From: a virus
Taxonomy: Duplodnaviria > Caudoviricetes
DNA length: 55,460 nt
Reading direction: 5' to 3' (one strand)
IMG/VR virus record: IMGVR_UViG_3300034149_000152
Location: 1 to 55,460 of that record
Numbering within the stretch: position 1 is the first letter of the stretch; each line of letters starts with the position of its first letter. Positions 18,189 to 27,667 of this stretch are shown in pieces. Both the position numbers and the translations under genes were made by a program. The notes beneath the pieces were generated by a model. That model had not been told where the DNA came from. It ran no database searches and saw nothing but the letters and a program-made list of their open reading frames with translations.

Positions 18189-19142
18189 ATGCCGCAACTG
18201 CGTTCATTCGGCGCCTATGCTCCCAAGCCTGATTTGGCTGGGGCCGCTCTTGGCGCGGCCAACATTGTCCAGCGCGGTCAGCAAGCTGCCCAGCAGGTCC
18301 AACTTGGCCGGGAAAAGATCGCCGCCGACATGGCGCAATCCAACATGGAGTTGCAGGCCAAACAGGCCGCGCTTCAATCGCAGGCATTGCGCGACGATCA
18401 GGAGTTGAAGATCAAACAGCAGTATCAGCAGACGATGCTGTCCATGCAGGAGCGCGAGTTGTCGCAGAAGCAGGAGGTCATCCAACGGCAGACGCAGGAA
18501 GCCGCTCGCGTGTTCGCCGCCCAGCAGCAGATGCAGCAGGAATACGTTTCCGGTGGGTCCACTCCCGAATCGTTCCAGAAGGCCGCGCTGATGCATGGCC
18601 CGATGGCCAAGCTTCCCGGATCGGTTTACTCGCAGGCGATGACACCGGAAAAGGACAGGAGTGAACTTGGAAAATTCAAGCCCGTAGAGGGCATGGACCC
18701 AAAGAAGTTCGGTCAGTTTGTTTCCGGCGCCGGATCACGACAGTTGGTTAAACTGCCGGAGAACCTTGAAACCGGAGGCCCGGCGCCTGCTGGCTACACC
18801 CGGGTAGGCACCCGTATTATTCCGGAACGTGAACCCATAGAAATACAGAACAAGAGGAAGTACCTTTCACGGCTTGAAAGACGGCTGGAAGGCGAGTCAT
18901 TCAAGAAGGCCCGCATGATCGCGTCTGACGTGGAGTCGAATCCGGACAAGAAGTTGCAACCCGCCCAAAAATCCATGCTGGATGGCTACCGCAAGGCACA
19001 AAAGGAGGCCGATGACCTTAGCCAAGAATTGAAAGCTGCACCAGTAAAACGAGTAACCTCCAAAGAGGAATACGACGCTCTTGATGTTGGTGACATCTAC
19101 ATTGACGCTGACGGCAAGAAGCACAAAAAGACCAAGCAATAG
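18189..19142 (+). CDS. Internal virion / DNA ejection protein (putative)
   Basis: Gln-rich coiled coil. C-terminal EEYDALDVGDIYIDADG.K..K motif. Confidence 0.55.
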   Translation: MPQLRSFGAYAPKPDLAGAALGAANIVQRGQQAAQQVQLGREKIAADMAQSNMELQAKQAALQSQALRDDQELKIKQQYQQTMLSMQERELSQKQEVIQRQTQEAARVFAAQQQMQQEYVSGGSTPESFQKAALMHGPMAKLPGSVYSQAMTPEKDRSELGKFKPVEGMDPKKFGQFVSGAGSRQLVKLPENLETGGPAPAGYTRVGTRIIPEREPIEIQNKRKYLSRLERRLEGESFKKARMIASDVESNPDKKLQPAQKSMLDGYRKAQKEADDLSQELKAAPVKRVTSKEEYDALDVGDIYIDADGKKHKKTKQ

Positions 19143-19145
19143 CTT

Positions 19146-22100
19146 ATGTGGCAGCCACCTGAAACCGACGAGTTGGTGGAGGACTCCGGCTGGTCGCCAC
19201 CGGAGAGCGATGTGTTGGTTGAGGATAATCCATCGGGCTTCAACTTCGATACTTTCACGCCGCCGCCACAGATTCCAGCACCGGCCTTTCTTGGTTCCGA
19301 TGAACAGATGTCCGCCGCCGCCAATCGTGATTTCCAGTCCAACCTGCCGGCCAATCTTCCAAAGGACACGCTCCACGGCATGAACGAATGGCAGGCGGCT
19401 GAAAACCGAAGATTCGAGTCACAGCAGGCGGCATTTCAACGCCAGGAACAGGAAGCGGAAGCCGCAAAATATCGCCAACAATTAATCCAGAAAAATCTGG
19501 CTGGTGTACGGGATATGCCAACATCTTTGAAGGCCGGGGCCGAAATCCAGGCCAACGAGGAGTTGGGCCTTCAACTTCCAGAGCGGACATCAAAGGCGGT
19601 GTCCGATCTGTTCATGGTGCCGGAGATACTGGATCTGATGGCCGGCCCGAATCCAGGAGGCTTCAAAACCTACCGGCAGATTGCGGACGAGGATTTCGCA
19701 TACCTGAACCGCAAGGAACAGGAGACGGCCAGGTATCTTTCAGACATCACAGACAACAGCACTGGATACGCATTGCTTGGAGGGGTTTCCCGGGCGGTGA
19801 CGGAGCTACCTTTCCAGATGGCCGCCGGATTCAGGGCTGCCAGCGTTCCACAGGCGCTTGCCAGGGCTTCCATTGCCGCCGGTGGTCTCCAAGGCACAGC
19901 CCGCTATGCCCAAGACCGTGGTGAAGGCCGCAGCCGCATGGACGCACTGCCTGGTGCTGTTGCAAGCGGACTAATCACAGGACTTACAACCAGAGCTTTT
20001 GGCGCCACGGGGGCGGAGTCCATATACCGAAAGGAGGGGTTCAGGGGTCTTTGGAACAGGGCCCGGCATACAGCCGAGGATTCCGGATTCGAGTTTGGTG
20101 AAGAATTTTCCGATGAAACCCAGCAGCAATTCTTGAATTTTCTTGATAAGGATCCAAACCTTACGTTTGGTGAGGCGTTCAACAACGCGCTGATGGCGGG
20201 CGGCATTGGTTCTATTGTTGGGGCTGGCGCTGGCGCAGTTTCATCCATGAAAGGCCGTGGGGTTAAGAAACCGATGGCCGACCAACCAGCCACCAAGGCC
20301 GACGAAGCGACCCAAGCCATCGGCGAAGCCACTGCGGCTGGCCCACTCAAGCCGGAATCTAAGCTTACCGATATCGAGCATGATGAGATGGTCAAGCTTC
20401 AGACAGTTAAGAAAGCCGGGATGTTGTCATTGGGAGATGCCAAGAAATTGCATGACTTGGAGCGCATCGCCAGCGGTGAGATTACCACAGTGGAGCCAGA
20501 ATACCGATCCGACCTTGACAGCGTGATAGAGGAGACAGGCGCAGGGGTGGAAATACGGCAGGACTACGATCCTAATTCCCCGTTTGCCGGACAGGTCGCC
20601 ACGATTGATCGCAAGAACAAAAAGGTGGTCATCAACCCGGACGGATTAAACAAGGCTCTGGCGAGCATTCCGAAAGAGCATCGAAAAGAATACCTCACGT
20701 CTTTAATTGAGGGAGAGGAGAAAACCCATCTGGCGACACCCGATTATGTCGCGTTTGATTTCCTGAATAACTCCACCGCTTTGGAGCGGAAAATTGCCGA
20801 TATAATTTACACTGGAACGTTGGATAAGTCTGCCACCCGTGGAAATGTTGGGACCGACGAAACGATGCTAGGTCACGAGATGCTGCGGATGCAAATGCAG
20901 CGCCTAAAACGCATGAAGTCAACCGAGGTTGCCAGAATGGCTGGATTTCCGGAGATGACCGCGGGCAACGTGGCGGAGATGGCCAACATGACTCCACGCG
21001 AGGCTGCCCGTCGGATGTTGGATTTCAAAATTACCATTCAGACACTTGAGGCGGTCAACAACGCCATATTCTCCATCCGCAAGGCGCTTGGCACCCGGGC
21101 CAGCAAGCAACAGTTGAAGTATCTCGACGAGGTAGCCGGCAACATCAAGCAGGCAAAGACTGTCATTGAAGGCGGGGCTGCGGCGCCGGCTTCCACTCAA
21201 CGTGAGGTTACCGACGAAACAAAAAAGTTCTCTGATGCCTTCCTTGATTATCAGGGAAAATCTAAAATCAGTAATACCATTCCAAAAAATGCCACGCCCG
21301 AACAGGTGGCCAACAGCATCACAACCAGAAATACAGGACTGGCCATGAAAAGCGTGGCTGACTTGGACGAAATGCTCAGGATTGATCGGGCAGCGCGAAA
21401 GGAGTTGAGTGATTACAAGGCCAGGGTTGCCGCTGGGGAAACTTTATCGCCGGAAGATTCCGCCCGACGATGGGCAATAGCCCAGAAGGTTCAATTCCCG
21501 CGTGAGACGATCACGACTGCCACACAGTCCGGAAATAGATCAAAGGCCATGGAGGCTAATCTTCCAGAAGGACTCCCCACAGAACGAACGCTGGACTGGG
21601 AGAAGAATCCGGAAGTTGAGGCGTGGCTTCGCGAACATGGAAAGGAGATTGGAGTTGAGTTACCTGAGACGACACCAGCCTCCCCACGCCGTGAGATGTC
21701 TAAAGATGATTTCATGTTCGAGCTTACCGAGACGGGCTTTGCGGAAAGCGAGCCAAAAGGGAAGGCTGTTAGCGATGCCTGGCAACGCGCGATAGTGGCT
21801 GGACGCAACGGAAGCCTGCCAGTCGAGCAACTGGTCAAGGGCATAAACGCAGCGGAGATTAAATTTTCGCCGCAAAATAGCAGCATGACGATTGACGTTG
21901 CCGGTCATGGAACGGATCGCGGAGTTGGATCGGACCTTGGAATCAAACACGAAACCGTAACAGTGACCGTCACTGACGATGGTTCACTCCGAATTTCTAC
22001 CACAGGGGGCCGCGAGCCAAGGCTTTTGAAATTTGCCATAGACAAGGCGATGAGTTTGTTGGAAGGCAAGCCTCCAATTCCTAGCGGGCCAAGGGCGTTG

Positions 22101-24641
22101 CCCGCCACAGGCGAACCTGAAACCCCCGGCTCCCTACGCCGCCAAATCCGCACCTTGACTCCTAAAAAGGCCGGCGACTCCATGTCAAACATGATCCGGG
22201 ACTTCGCCTCCTTCTACGACGAATGGATGGTGGATCGCATGGAGCGACTGGGTGGCGACATGACCAGGAAAGCCGCCTCGGATTTCCGGAAGATCATAGA
22301 CCGCGAGAAGAAGCTTTACGGGGATTTGACTCCGGTGCTTGACCGCGCCCGGGCATTGGCCGGTGGCAACAAGATAAGTCGAGTTATAGGAACCAACATC
22401 AAATTTCAGAGGCCGGGTCTGAGCACCATCAAGGCAACCTCATTCCTGAACGATCTGAAAAAGGTAAGGGGCGCTCCGTTCGGAGCCACTGCCAACGTGG
22501 TTGAGGCCATTGAGACTGGAAGAATTGGTGGTGGTCCGGTCCCTCCGGCGGTTCAGAGTCTCATCAATGCCGGACAAATAGCCAACCTGGCTATTGGAAA
22601 GATGGCGCAATCAACCAGTCCTGGATTTAAGGCCGGTGGTAAATTCCAGCGCAACCTGACTGCCCAGGGCTTCGACCTTTTCCGGGAGGGCCGTGGAAAG
22701 AGATGGGAACGTTACACCTACGCGACTGCGAAATTGAACCAGATGCCGCTCGCTAATGTCCGGGAAGTGTTCCGGGAATTCAAACAAAAACTGAATGCCC
22801 CGGGAGTGGACATGGCGGCGATTGAAAAGATGAACCAGGATTTCAATCGGAAGATTCCAAAGGTGGTGACGCATGTCCTGCACGGCGCCCAATGGCACGA
22901 GATCGTGCATTCCAATCTGTTCGATTACCTGGAAAACACCGCGCGCCGCGTGACCCATAAGAAGGCATTCCGTGAAACATTCCCGGACACAGAAGAAGGC
23001 AACGCCAAACTGGCTGAGGTGCGCGATTCTGTGGTCAATGAAATGGGCGGTGATGGACTGGACTCCTTCGACACCATGATCCGGACCATGCAGGGAATTC
23101 CCACAGACGATTATTCCAAGTGGGGAATGCTTGGGCCTACAAAGCTGCCCGGGCAGGCGTTTCGGATGATGAACCAGACGGTCGGAAACCTGATGGCCAA
23201 GATGGTTCTTACCGGCCAGATGTTCGTTCAGCCGGGTGAAACATTTGCGGGGGCCACGCCGATCTTTTTGGGATACAAGAATTACGCCCGGGCGCTGGCC
23301 AGGGTTGGACAGCTTTACGCCATGATGGAACAGCAGGGTGACGTGAACCGGATGATGCACGATTTTTCATGGCACACCTGGGCGCCGGCGAGATCGGCAT
23401 TCCGCATTGCCGGGAACCTCATTTCAAAAGCATTCGGCAACAATGTGCTCAATGAATTTCAGGAAGCATGGTCCGCAGCCACCGCACAGGTTGTAAGCGA
23501 GCGCATCAAGAACCAGACCTTGAGCGACTGGGAAAAGAGGATTTTACCGGAGACATTCCGGGCGATGGGCTTCAATACTTCTGAAGTGCCGAGAATGATG
23601 CAGGGTGACGCGGAATTATTGGGCCAGTTCGAGCGCAAAGCATCTGCGTTCCTTACATCTGGAAACAGGGCCATATCCGAAGGCAGCAAACTGGAGGCGA
23701 ACCGGCTCTTTAATTCCGTGTTCCGGTTCCAATCCTATCCGATGACGAGGGCGAACCAGTTTCGCAGGGTAAGCGCCCGATGGGTGGAGGCTTTGGGCAG
23801 CGGAACAGGCAAAGAGAAAGGTGCGGCCACGGAACAATTCACCCGGTTCATGTTCGGGGTTACGCTTCAAGGAGTCCTGACTACAGGAATTGCGACACTT
23901 GCTTATATGGGCTGGCCTGGACTCAAGATAAAGTATGAGGAAGCCAAGGATGAACCGCTCAAGTTTGCTCTGGAATCATTCGTGGCCAGCATTGCCGGCC
24001 CGCTCTATCTGGTGTTGCGCGGCATGAAATACAAAGGCATTCCAGGCATCGGCGAGTCCTTGCTTAGGATGGCTTTCCCATACTCGATAGTTCGAGAAAT
24101 GACTGACATGGCCCAAGGTGCCGGGCGCTATCGCGATCAGACGACTTTCGACCGCATCGGGACATTCCTGAAGGCCCGCACGCCGGGTACCAGGGCTATC
24201 CGTCAGGGAATGGCTCTCACCGGCCTGTCCATGGACGACAAGGGTCTGGATGCGGCACTGGATGGATTCTACCGCTGGCGCCGGGATGAACAGGGATTCA
24301 CCGAGTTTCAGGATTTCAGCAAAGAAGATGTCCGACTGGGATTCCGTACTGAGATGAAGAAGGTGGTTGAGGCCATCAAGGAAGGCAACCACGACAAGTT
24401 CCTGAAGCATTACCAGGCAGCCGAAGCGCAACTGGTGGACATCATGTCCAAGGACAGCGCGGGCAACGCGCTAAAACGCGCCAAGGTGCTTCAGAATGTT
24501 AAAGGTGGAGATTTAACCGAGGAGGACATGAAGAAGCTTCGAGCCCGCATCGGCGACGAGGCGGTTGACCGGCTGGAGTATTTCGATCTCATGCTGGACA
24601 GCGCAGCCGGTGGCACATTGATCCCGAAGTTTGAGAAATGA
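19146..24641 (+). CDS. Large internal virion / ejection protein (1831 aa)
   Basis: Largest ORF, helical Ala/Gly-rich, last gene of the structural module as in podoviruses. Confidence 0.6.
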   Translation: MWQPPETDELVEDSGWSPPESDVLVEDNPSGFNFDTFTPPPQIPAPAFLGSDEQMSAAANRDFQSNLPANLPKDTLHGMNEWQAAENRRFESQQAAFQRQEQEAEAAKYRQQLIQKNLAGVRDMPTSLKAGAEIQANEELGLQLPERTSKAVSDLFMVPEILDLMAGPNPGGFKTYRQIADEDFAYLNRKEQETARYLSDITDNSTGYALLGGVSRAVTELPFQMAAGFRAASVPQALARASIAAGGLQGTARYAQDRGEGRSRMDALPGAVASGLITGLTTRAFGATGAESIYRKEGFRGLWNRARHTAEDSGFEFGEEFSDETQQQFLNFLDKDPNLTFGEAFNNALMAGGIGSIVGAGAGAVSSMKGRGVKKPMADQPATKADEATQAIGEATAAGPLKPESKLTDIEHDEMVKLQTVKKAGMLSLGDAKKLHDLERIASGEITTVEPEYRSDLDSVIEETGAGVEIRQDYDPNSPFAGQVATIDRKNKKVVINPDGLNKALASIPKEHRKEYLTSLIEGEEKTHLATPDYVAFDFLNNSTALERKIADIIYTGTLDKSATRGNVGTDETMLGHEMLRMQMQRLKRMKSTEVARMAGFPEMTAGNVAEMANMTPREAARRMLDFKITIQTLEAVNNAIFSIRKALGTRASKQQLKYLDEVAGNIKQAKTVIEGGAAAPASTQREVTDETKKFSDAFLDYQGKSKISNTIPKNATPEQVANSITTRNTGLAMKSVADLDEMLRIDRAARKELSDYKARVAAGETLSPEDSARRWAIAQKVQFPRETITTATQSGNRSKAMEANLPEGLPTERTLDWEKNPEVEAWLREHGKEIGVELPETTPASPRREMSKDDFMFELTETGFAESEPKGKAVSDAWQRAIVAGRNGSLPVEQLVKGINAAEIKFSPQNSSMTIDVAGHGTDRGVGSDLGIKHETVTVTVTDDGSLRISTTGGREPRLLKFAIDKAMSLLEGKPPIPSGPRALPATGEPETPGSLRRQIRTLTPKKAGDSMSNMIRDFASFYDEWMVDRMERLGGDMTRKAASDFRKIIDREKKLYGDLTPVLDRARALAGGNKISRVIGTNIKFQRPGLSTIKATSFLNDLKKVRGAPFGATANVVEAIETGRIGGGPVPPAVQSLINAGQIANLAIGKMAQSTSPGFKAGGKFQRNLTAQGFDLFREGRGKRWERYTYATAKLNQMPLANVREVFREFKQKLNAPGVDMAAIEKMNQDFNRKIPKVVTHVLHGAQWHEIVHSNLFDYLENTARRVTHKKAFRETFPDTEEGNAKLAEVRDSVVNEMGGDGLDSFDTMIRTMQGIPTDDYSKWGMLGPTKLPGQAFRMMNQTVGNLMAKMVLTGQMFVQPGETFAGATPIFLGYKNYARALARVGQLYAMMEQQGDVNRMMHDFSWHTWAPARSAFRIAGNLISKAFGNNVLNEFQEAWSAATAQVVSERIKNQTLSDWEKRILPETFRAMGFNTSEVPRMMQGDAELLGQFERKASAFLTSGNRAISEGSKLEANRLFNSVFRFQSYPMTRANQFRRVSARWVEALGSGTGKEKGAATEQFTRFMFGVTLQGVLTTGIATLAYMGWPGLKIKYEEAKDEPLKFALESFVASIAGPLYLVLRGMKYKGIPGIGESLLRMAFPYSIVREMTDMAQGAGRYRDQTTFDRIGTFLKARTPGTRAIRQGMALTGLSMDDKGLDAALDGFYRWRRDEQGFTEFQDFSKEDVRLGFRTEMKKVVEAIKEGNHDKFLKHYQAAEAQLVDIMSKDSAGNALKRAKVLQNVKGGDLTEEDMKKLRARIGDEAVDRLEYFDLMLDSAAGGTLIPKFEK

Positions 24642-24644
24642 GTT

Positions 24645-24782
24645 ATGCCAAAAAAATACTTAATTCTAAAAGCCGCAATGCAACGGGAATATGGCATCAA
24701 GCGCGGAGCCAAGATCGCGGCCATGACTTGGAACAAGAAAATGAAAGGCACCGGCCAGACAGTTGGCCGGGGCCGTAACTGA
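24645..24782 (+). CDS. Small basic protein (45 aa)
   Basis: MPKKYLILKAAMQREYGIKRGAKIAAMTWNKK... Below the ORF-track cutoff, and fills the gap to the convergent genes. Confidence 0.5.
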   Translation: MPKKYLILKAAMQREYGIKRGAKIAAMTWNKKMKGTGQTVGRGRN

Positions 24783-24783
24783 T

Positions 24784-24987
24784 TCACGCCGTCGGTGGCG
24801 GCGGAGTCGGATTCATTGCCAGATGCAGAATGGTCACGGCGCTGTTCGCGGTGGCCGTCAACTGCATCATGGTAATCGCTACTTCCTTGCTAACGGTTTC
24901 CTGTGACATCGCATCGGCGTATTGCGCCGCGCGCTTCAGCTTGTAGGCGGCGTCAACGAATAGGGCGTGTTTTTCGTGGGCGGTCAT
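24784..24987 (-). CDS. Hypothetical protein
   Basis: 67 aa, last gene of the leftward arm. Confidence 0.55.
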   Translation of the reverse strand: MTAHEKHALFVDAAYKLKRAAQYADAMSQETVSKEVAITMMQLTATANSAVTILHLAMNPTPPPPTA

Positions 24988-24988
24988 G

Positions 24989-25171
24989 TCAGTTCCTAGC
25001 GTCTTGGTTTATCACCATAGACTTTGGATTTTCTGGATCGGAGATGTCCACCACGTCGTATGATCCCAGCGCCAGCCAAGTTTGGACTTCCTCATGGGCT
25101 ATCGGGTTTGGTGAATGGAGCACCCGCCACAAGACCGGCGACCGGCTGATGATCAGGTAGTGAAAGTTCAT
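24989..25171 (-). CDS. Hypothetical protein
   Basis: 60 aa, ATGA-coupled to the upstream ORF. Confidence 0.55.
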   Translation of the reverse strand: MNFHYLIISRSPVLWRVLHSPNPIAHEEVQTWLALGSYDVVDISDPENPKSMVINQDARN

Positions 25172-25503
25172 AGTTCCTCAATTATTATTGTTGCTCCCTC
25201 TTTTCCTTTTTCCACTTCCTCGCAATAGACATGCTGCTCAGGAACCCATTGCAGTGAATCGTCGAGCGGCAGTGACAAGGCAGTCCAAAAGACTTGATAC
25301 GGCCCCGTCAGCATCACGCCTTCGGTTATCTGAGAAACGGAGGTGAATTGTAACACGAAACTTTGGATGCAGGCGTCCATCCACTTTTTTGTTTTTGGTT
25401 CCGTCATCAGGAACAGCGGCCCGTTTCGCTTCCGGGCCACGCGCTTCTTGTTTTTGAATGACGGGACGTGTCCCATGTTTTTTATCTGCAATTCTATCTT
25501 CAT
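25168..25503 (-). CDS. RusA-like resolvase, chain A (N-terminal PS..N segment and C-terminal LDD segment; lacks D-x-D)
   Basis: VPSFKNKKR...TKKW matches the RusA N-terminus. LDDSLQWV...EGATIIIEEL matches the RusA C-terminus. Confidence 0.6.
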   Translation of the reverse strand: MKIELQIKNMGHVPSFKNKKRVARKRNGPLFLMTEPKTKKWMDACIQSFVLQFTSVSQITEGVMLTGPYQVFWTALSLPLDDSLQWVPEQHVYCEEVEKGKEGATIIIEEL

Positions 25504-25540
25504 AGGCTTTCAATTGTTCGCTAGTCCAGGTGGGCATCAT
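25238..25540 (-). CDS. RusA-like resolvase, chain B (central catalytic segment), overlapping frame
   Basis: GGAGG SD and ATGA coupling. RVTIHLRFSDNRRRDADGAVSSLLDCLV resembles RusA [28 protein letters not shown]. Confidence 0.6.
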   Translation of the reverse strand: MMPTWTSEQLKAYEDRIADKKHGTRPVIQKQEARGPEAKRAAVPDDGTKNKKVDGRLHPKFRVTIHLRFSDNRRRDADGAVSSLLDCLVTAARRFTAMGS

Positions 25541-25806
25541 TGCTCCTCCACGGTAAACGCGCCCGATACAGTGACCGCCTTGCCGTTCACGATGAACCAG
25601 CATGTGCCGCCTCTGTCCTCGACTTTGGATTGCGTCGTCCATTCCCGGATGACGCCGCCGTTTGAGTTGTAGAGCGTGATTTTCCGGTTCAGCCCAGTTA
25701 GAGACGAGTGCATGTGCTTTCGCATATTTTGCCACTCGGCGCTTGAGAAGAACACGATCAGTAACATTGCGATGATTACCACCGCACCAGCTATCAGTTT
25801 TTTCAT
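25537..25806 (-). CDS. Membrane-anchored hypothetical protein
   Basis: N-terminal transmembrane segment followed by a small beta domain (RKITLY...G.VIREW). Confidence 0.7.
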   Translation of the reverse strand: MKKLIAGAVVIIAMLLIVFFSSAEWQNMRKHMHSSLTGLNRKITLYNSNGGVIREWTTQSKVEDRGGTCWFIVNGKAVTVSGAFTVEEQ

Positions 25807-25822
25807 AAATGTTCAGGTGACA

Positions 25823-26677
25823 TCATGGTTTTCTGTTGTTAGCGCAATCCGTCGCACGCCGCTTCGATGAACAGCGCCCCGACTTGCGGCACGATTGCAT
25901 TGCCCGCGCCGCGCAGTCCATCCACGCGCGCGGGTTGTAGCCCATCAGCCAGAGGGAAAAATAAGGGTTCAGCACTAATCCTCCGCTTGCATCTTTCGCC
26001 TGTGCGTGGGTGACACATTTCGACTTCTTTGGCATCAGACCAGAAACCTGCTGCGATAGCGGTATTCCAGTGTCCTGCGGTCTTGGAGGTTTCACACCCC
26101 GACTGTGATCTTGCGCGGTCGGACTGCACCACCCGATGAGCTTCACGAGCATTGTCAGGTTTGTGATGGTCGTCATATCCCTTGGATGTCGTGCCATTCG
26201 CGCGAGGTACATGTCCAATGACTGATGTTCGCGCGAGTCCATTGCTTTTGGAGTTGGCCACCCAATAAAGCCTTTGTCTTCGATGCGGGGCGCCGACGCA
26301 CGCAGCGCACAGATCGGCAGCCCCGACGGCATATCCTGCTCCTTCCAGGTCAGTGCGTATTCCGGCGAGCCATTCACGTCCGTCAGGGCCAGCAACCTGT
26401 TCTCCAAACACCGTTGAAGGTTTGCACTCGGCGATGAGCCGATAAAAAGCGGGCCACAGGTGTCGTTCGTCGGCATGGCCTTTTCGCTGTCCAGCGCACG
26501 AAAACGGCTGACACGGACATGAGCCAGTCCAGACAGGTTCTTCGTCAGGCCATCCAGAGAGCCGGAGCGCGAGTGACCATCCGCCGATGCCGGCGAAGAA
26601 ATGGCATTGGTTGTAGTCTCGCAGTTCATCGGCTTTGACATCGCAGATGCTTCTTTCATCCACGACTCCGTTGCCAA
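25823..26677 (-). CDS. C5 methyltransferase beta chain (TRD-like region and motif IX) in an alternative frame; start uncertain
   Basis: WPTPKAMD / WCSPTAQD repeats and LNPYFSLWLMGY..W (motif IX-like) in the +1 frame inside the alpha gene. Confidence 0.7.
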   Translation of the reverse strand: MATESWMKEASAMSKPMNCETTTNAISSPASADGHSRSGSLDGLTKNLSGLAHVRVSRFRALDSEKAMPTNDTCGPLFIGSSPSANLQRCLENRLLALTDVNGSPEYALTWKEQDMPSGLPICALRASAPRIEDKGFIGWPTPKAMDSREHQSLDMYLARMARHPRDMTTITNLTMLVKLIGWCSPTAQDHSRGVKPPRPQDTGIPLSQQVSGLMPKKSKCVTHAQAKDASGGLVLNPYFSLWLMGYNPRAWMDCAARAMQSCRKSGRCSSKRRATDCANNRKP

Positions 26678-26750
26678 TTTCGCCAGCGCGGATTAGTTCC
26701 CGCAGCCATGCCGCAGCCGTCGTACTGTTTTCGTTGTAGTAGTTCATCAC
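25839..26750 (-). CDS. DNA (cytosine-5)-methyltransferase, alpha chain
   Basis: Motif I FFAGIGG, IV GSCPCQPFS, VI FGEQV, VIII APHRRQRLYWVA, X LRGAGNAIVPQV. No motif IX in this frame. Confidence 0.9.
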   Translation of the reverse strand: MMNYYNENSTTAAAWLRELIRAGEIGNGVVDERSICDVKADELRDYNQCHFFAGIGGWSLALRLSGWPDEEPVWTGSCPCQPFSCAGQRKGHADERHLWPAFYRLIAECKPSTVFGEQVAGPDGREWLAGIRTDLEGAGYAVGAADLCAACVGAPHRRQRLYWVANSKSNGLARTSVIGHVPRANGTTSKGYDDHHKPDNAREAHRVVQSDRARSQSGCETSKTAGHWNTAIAAGFWSDAKEVEMCHPRTGERCKRRISAEPLFFPLADGLQPARVDGLRGAGNAIVPQVGALFIEAACDGLR

Positions 26751-26776
26751 TCACAAATTGCGTTAACCAATGTTCG

Positions 26777-26809
26777 TTTTCTTCGATTTTCAGGATTAGT
26801 TTTATCATA
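26777..26809 (-). repeat. 33-bp direct repeat (copy 1), orphan MIKLILKIEEN gene start
   Basis: 32/33 identical to 30171-30203. Confidence 0.85.
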
Positions 26810-26836
26810 CTTGTTGTTGTTTCATGTTTTCTGTTT

Positions 26837-27667
26837 TCATGGATTCCTCCATACCAATCCTGACACGATTGAGTTGAATGACTGGCGATTGCCTCCACGC
26901 GAAACGAACTCCCGCATGTCCTTGGTCGGCAGCGTTACGGTGCAGCTTGGCACTTCCAGTAGTTCGGACAGAGCTATGGCCCCCTGTATGCCTGGATTGA
27001 CCGTAACACCGTTTATCTCTCGGTCATTGTCCACATCGGCAACGATCACGACCCGGTGAATGTTGCGCTTCTTGATGAACTCATTGAGCATGTTCACTCC
27101 GCCGCTGCAATTGAAACGGCCCACGGCATACAATCCAATGCTGATGGCAGCAGCGCAATCTGTCGGTCCCTCCGTGATTACAAGTTCAGATTGGGGATTG
27201 ATGCGCTGTGGAATGAACAAACCGTTATGGCTTCCCGGTTCGCACCATTTCCTGCCATTCTCATGGCGCAGTCGGATGCCGATGATGTAATTCAATCCAT
27301 CCCGCATCGGGAACGCCCATACGGAATGCTGCGGAGACTTGACGCAGCCTAGCATATCCAACGATTCACGGGTGACTCCCAGTGTTTTGGACAGATATTC
27401 CAGAGATCGGGTGCCGTAAAGCAGATCCCACTTTTCCAATATCAATCGGCAATTGATCGGAGATTCTTGCGGCTTGTGGTAAACCGGACGCGGCAGTGGA
27501 GTTCCATTTCTCGCGTGCAGATAGGCAGTGGAACCGTCGGCGAACGTCTTTTGACGCGGGCTGGCCACCCTCATGCAAAAAATGATGTCCGTTCCGGTCA
27601 TGCACCATGAATCCTTGTCGCAAACGGGACACGGATGCGCTTTGTTGACACGTTGGGGAGTGCTCAT
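26837..27667 (-). CDS. DNA primase (Zn-finger plus TOPRIM)
   Basis: CPVC...WC...C Zn finger and TOPRIM motifs VITEGPTD...VVIVADVD. Confidence 0.85.
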   Translation of the reverse strand: MSTPQRVNKAHPCPVCDKDSWCMTGTDIIFCMRVASPRQKTFADGSTAYLHARNGTPLPRPVYHKPQESPINCRLILEKWDLLYGTRSLEYLSKTLGVTRESLDMLGCVKSPQHSVWAFPMRDGLNYIIGIRLRHENGRKWCEPGSHNGLFIPQRINPQSELVITEGPTDCAAAISIGLYAVGRFNCSGGVNMLNEFIKKRNIHRVVIVADVDNDREINGVTVNPGIQGAIALSELLEVPSCTVTLPTKDMREFVSRGGNRQSFNSIVSGLVWRNP

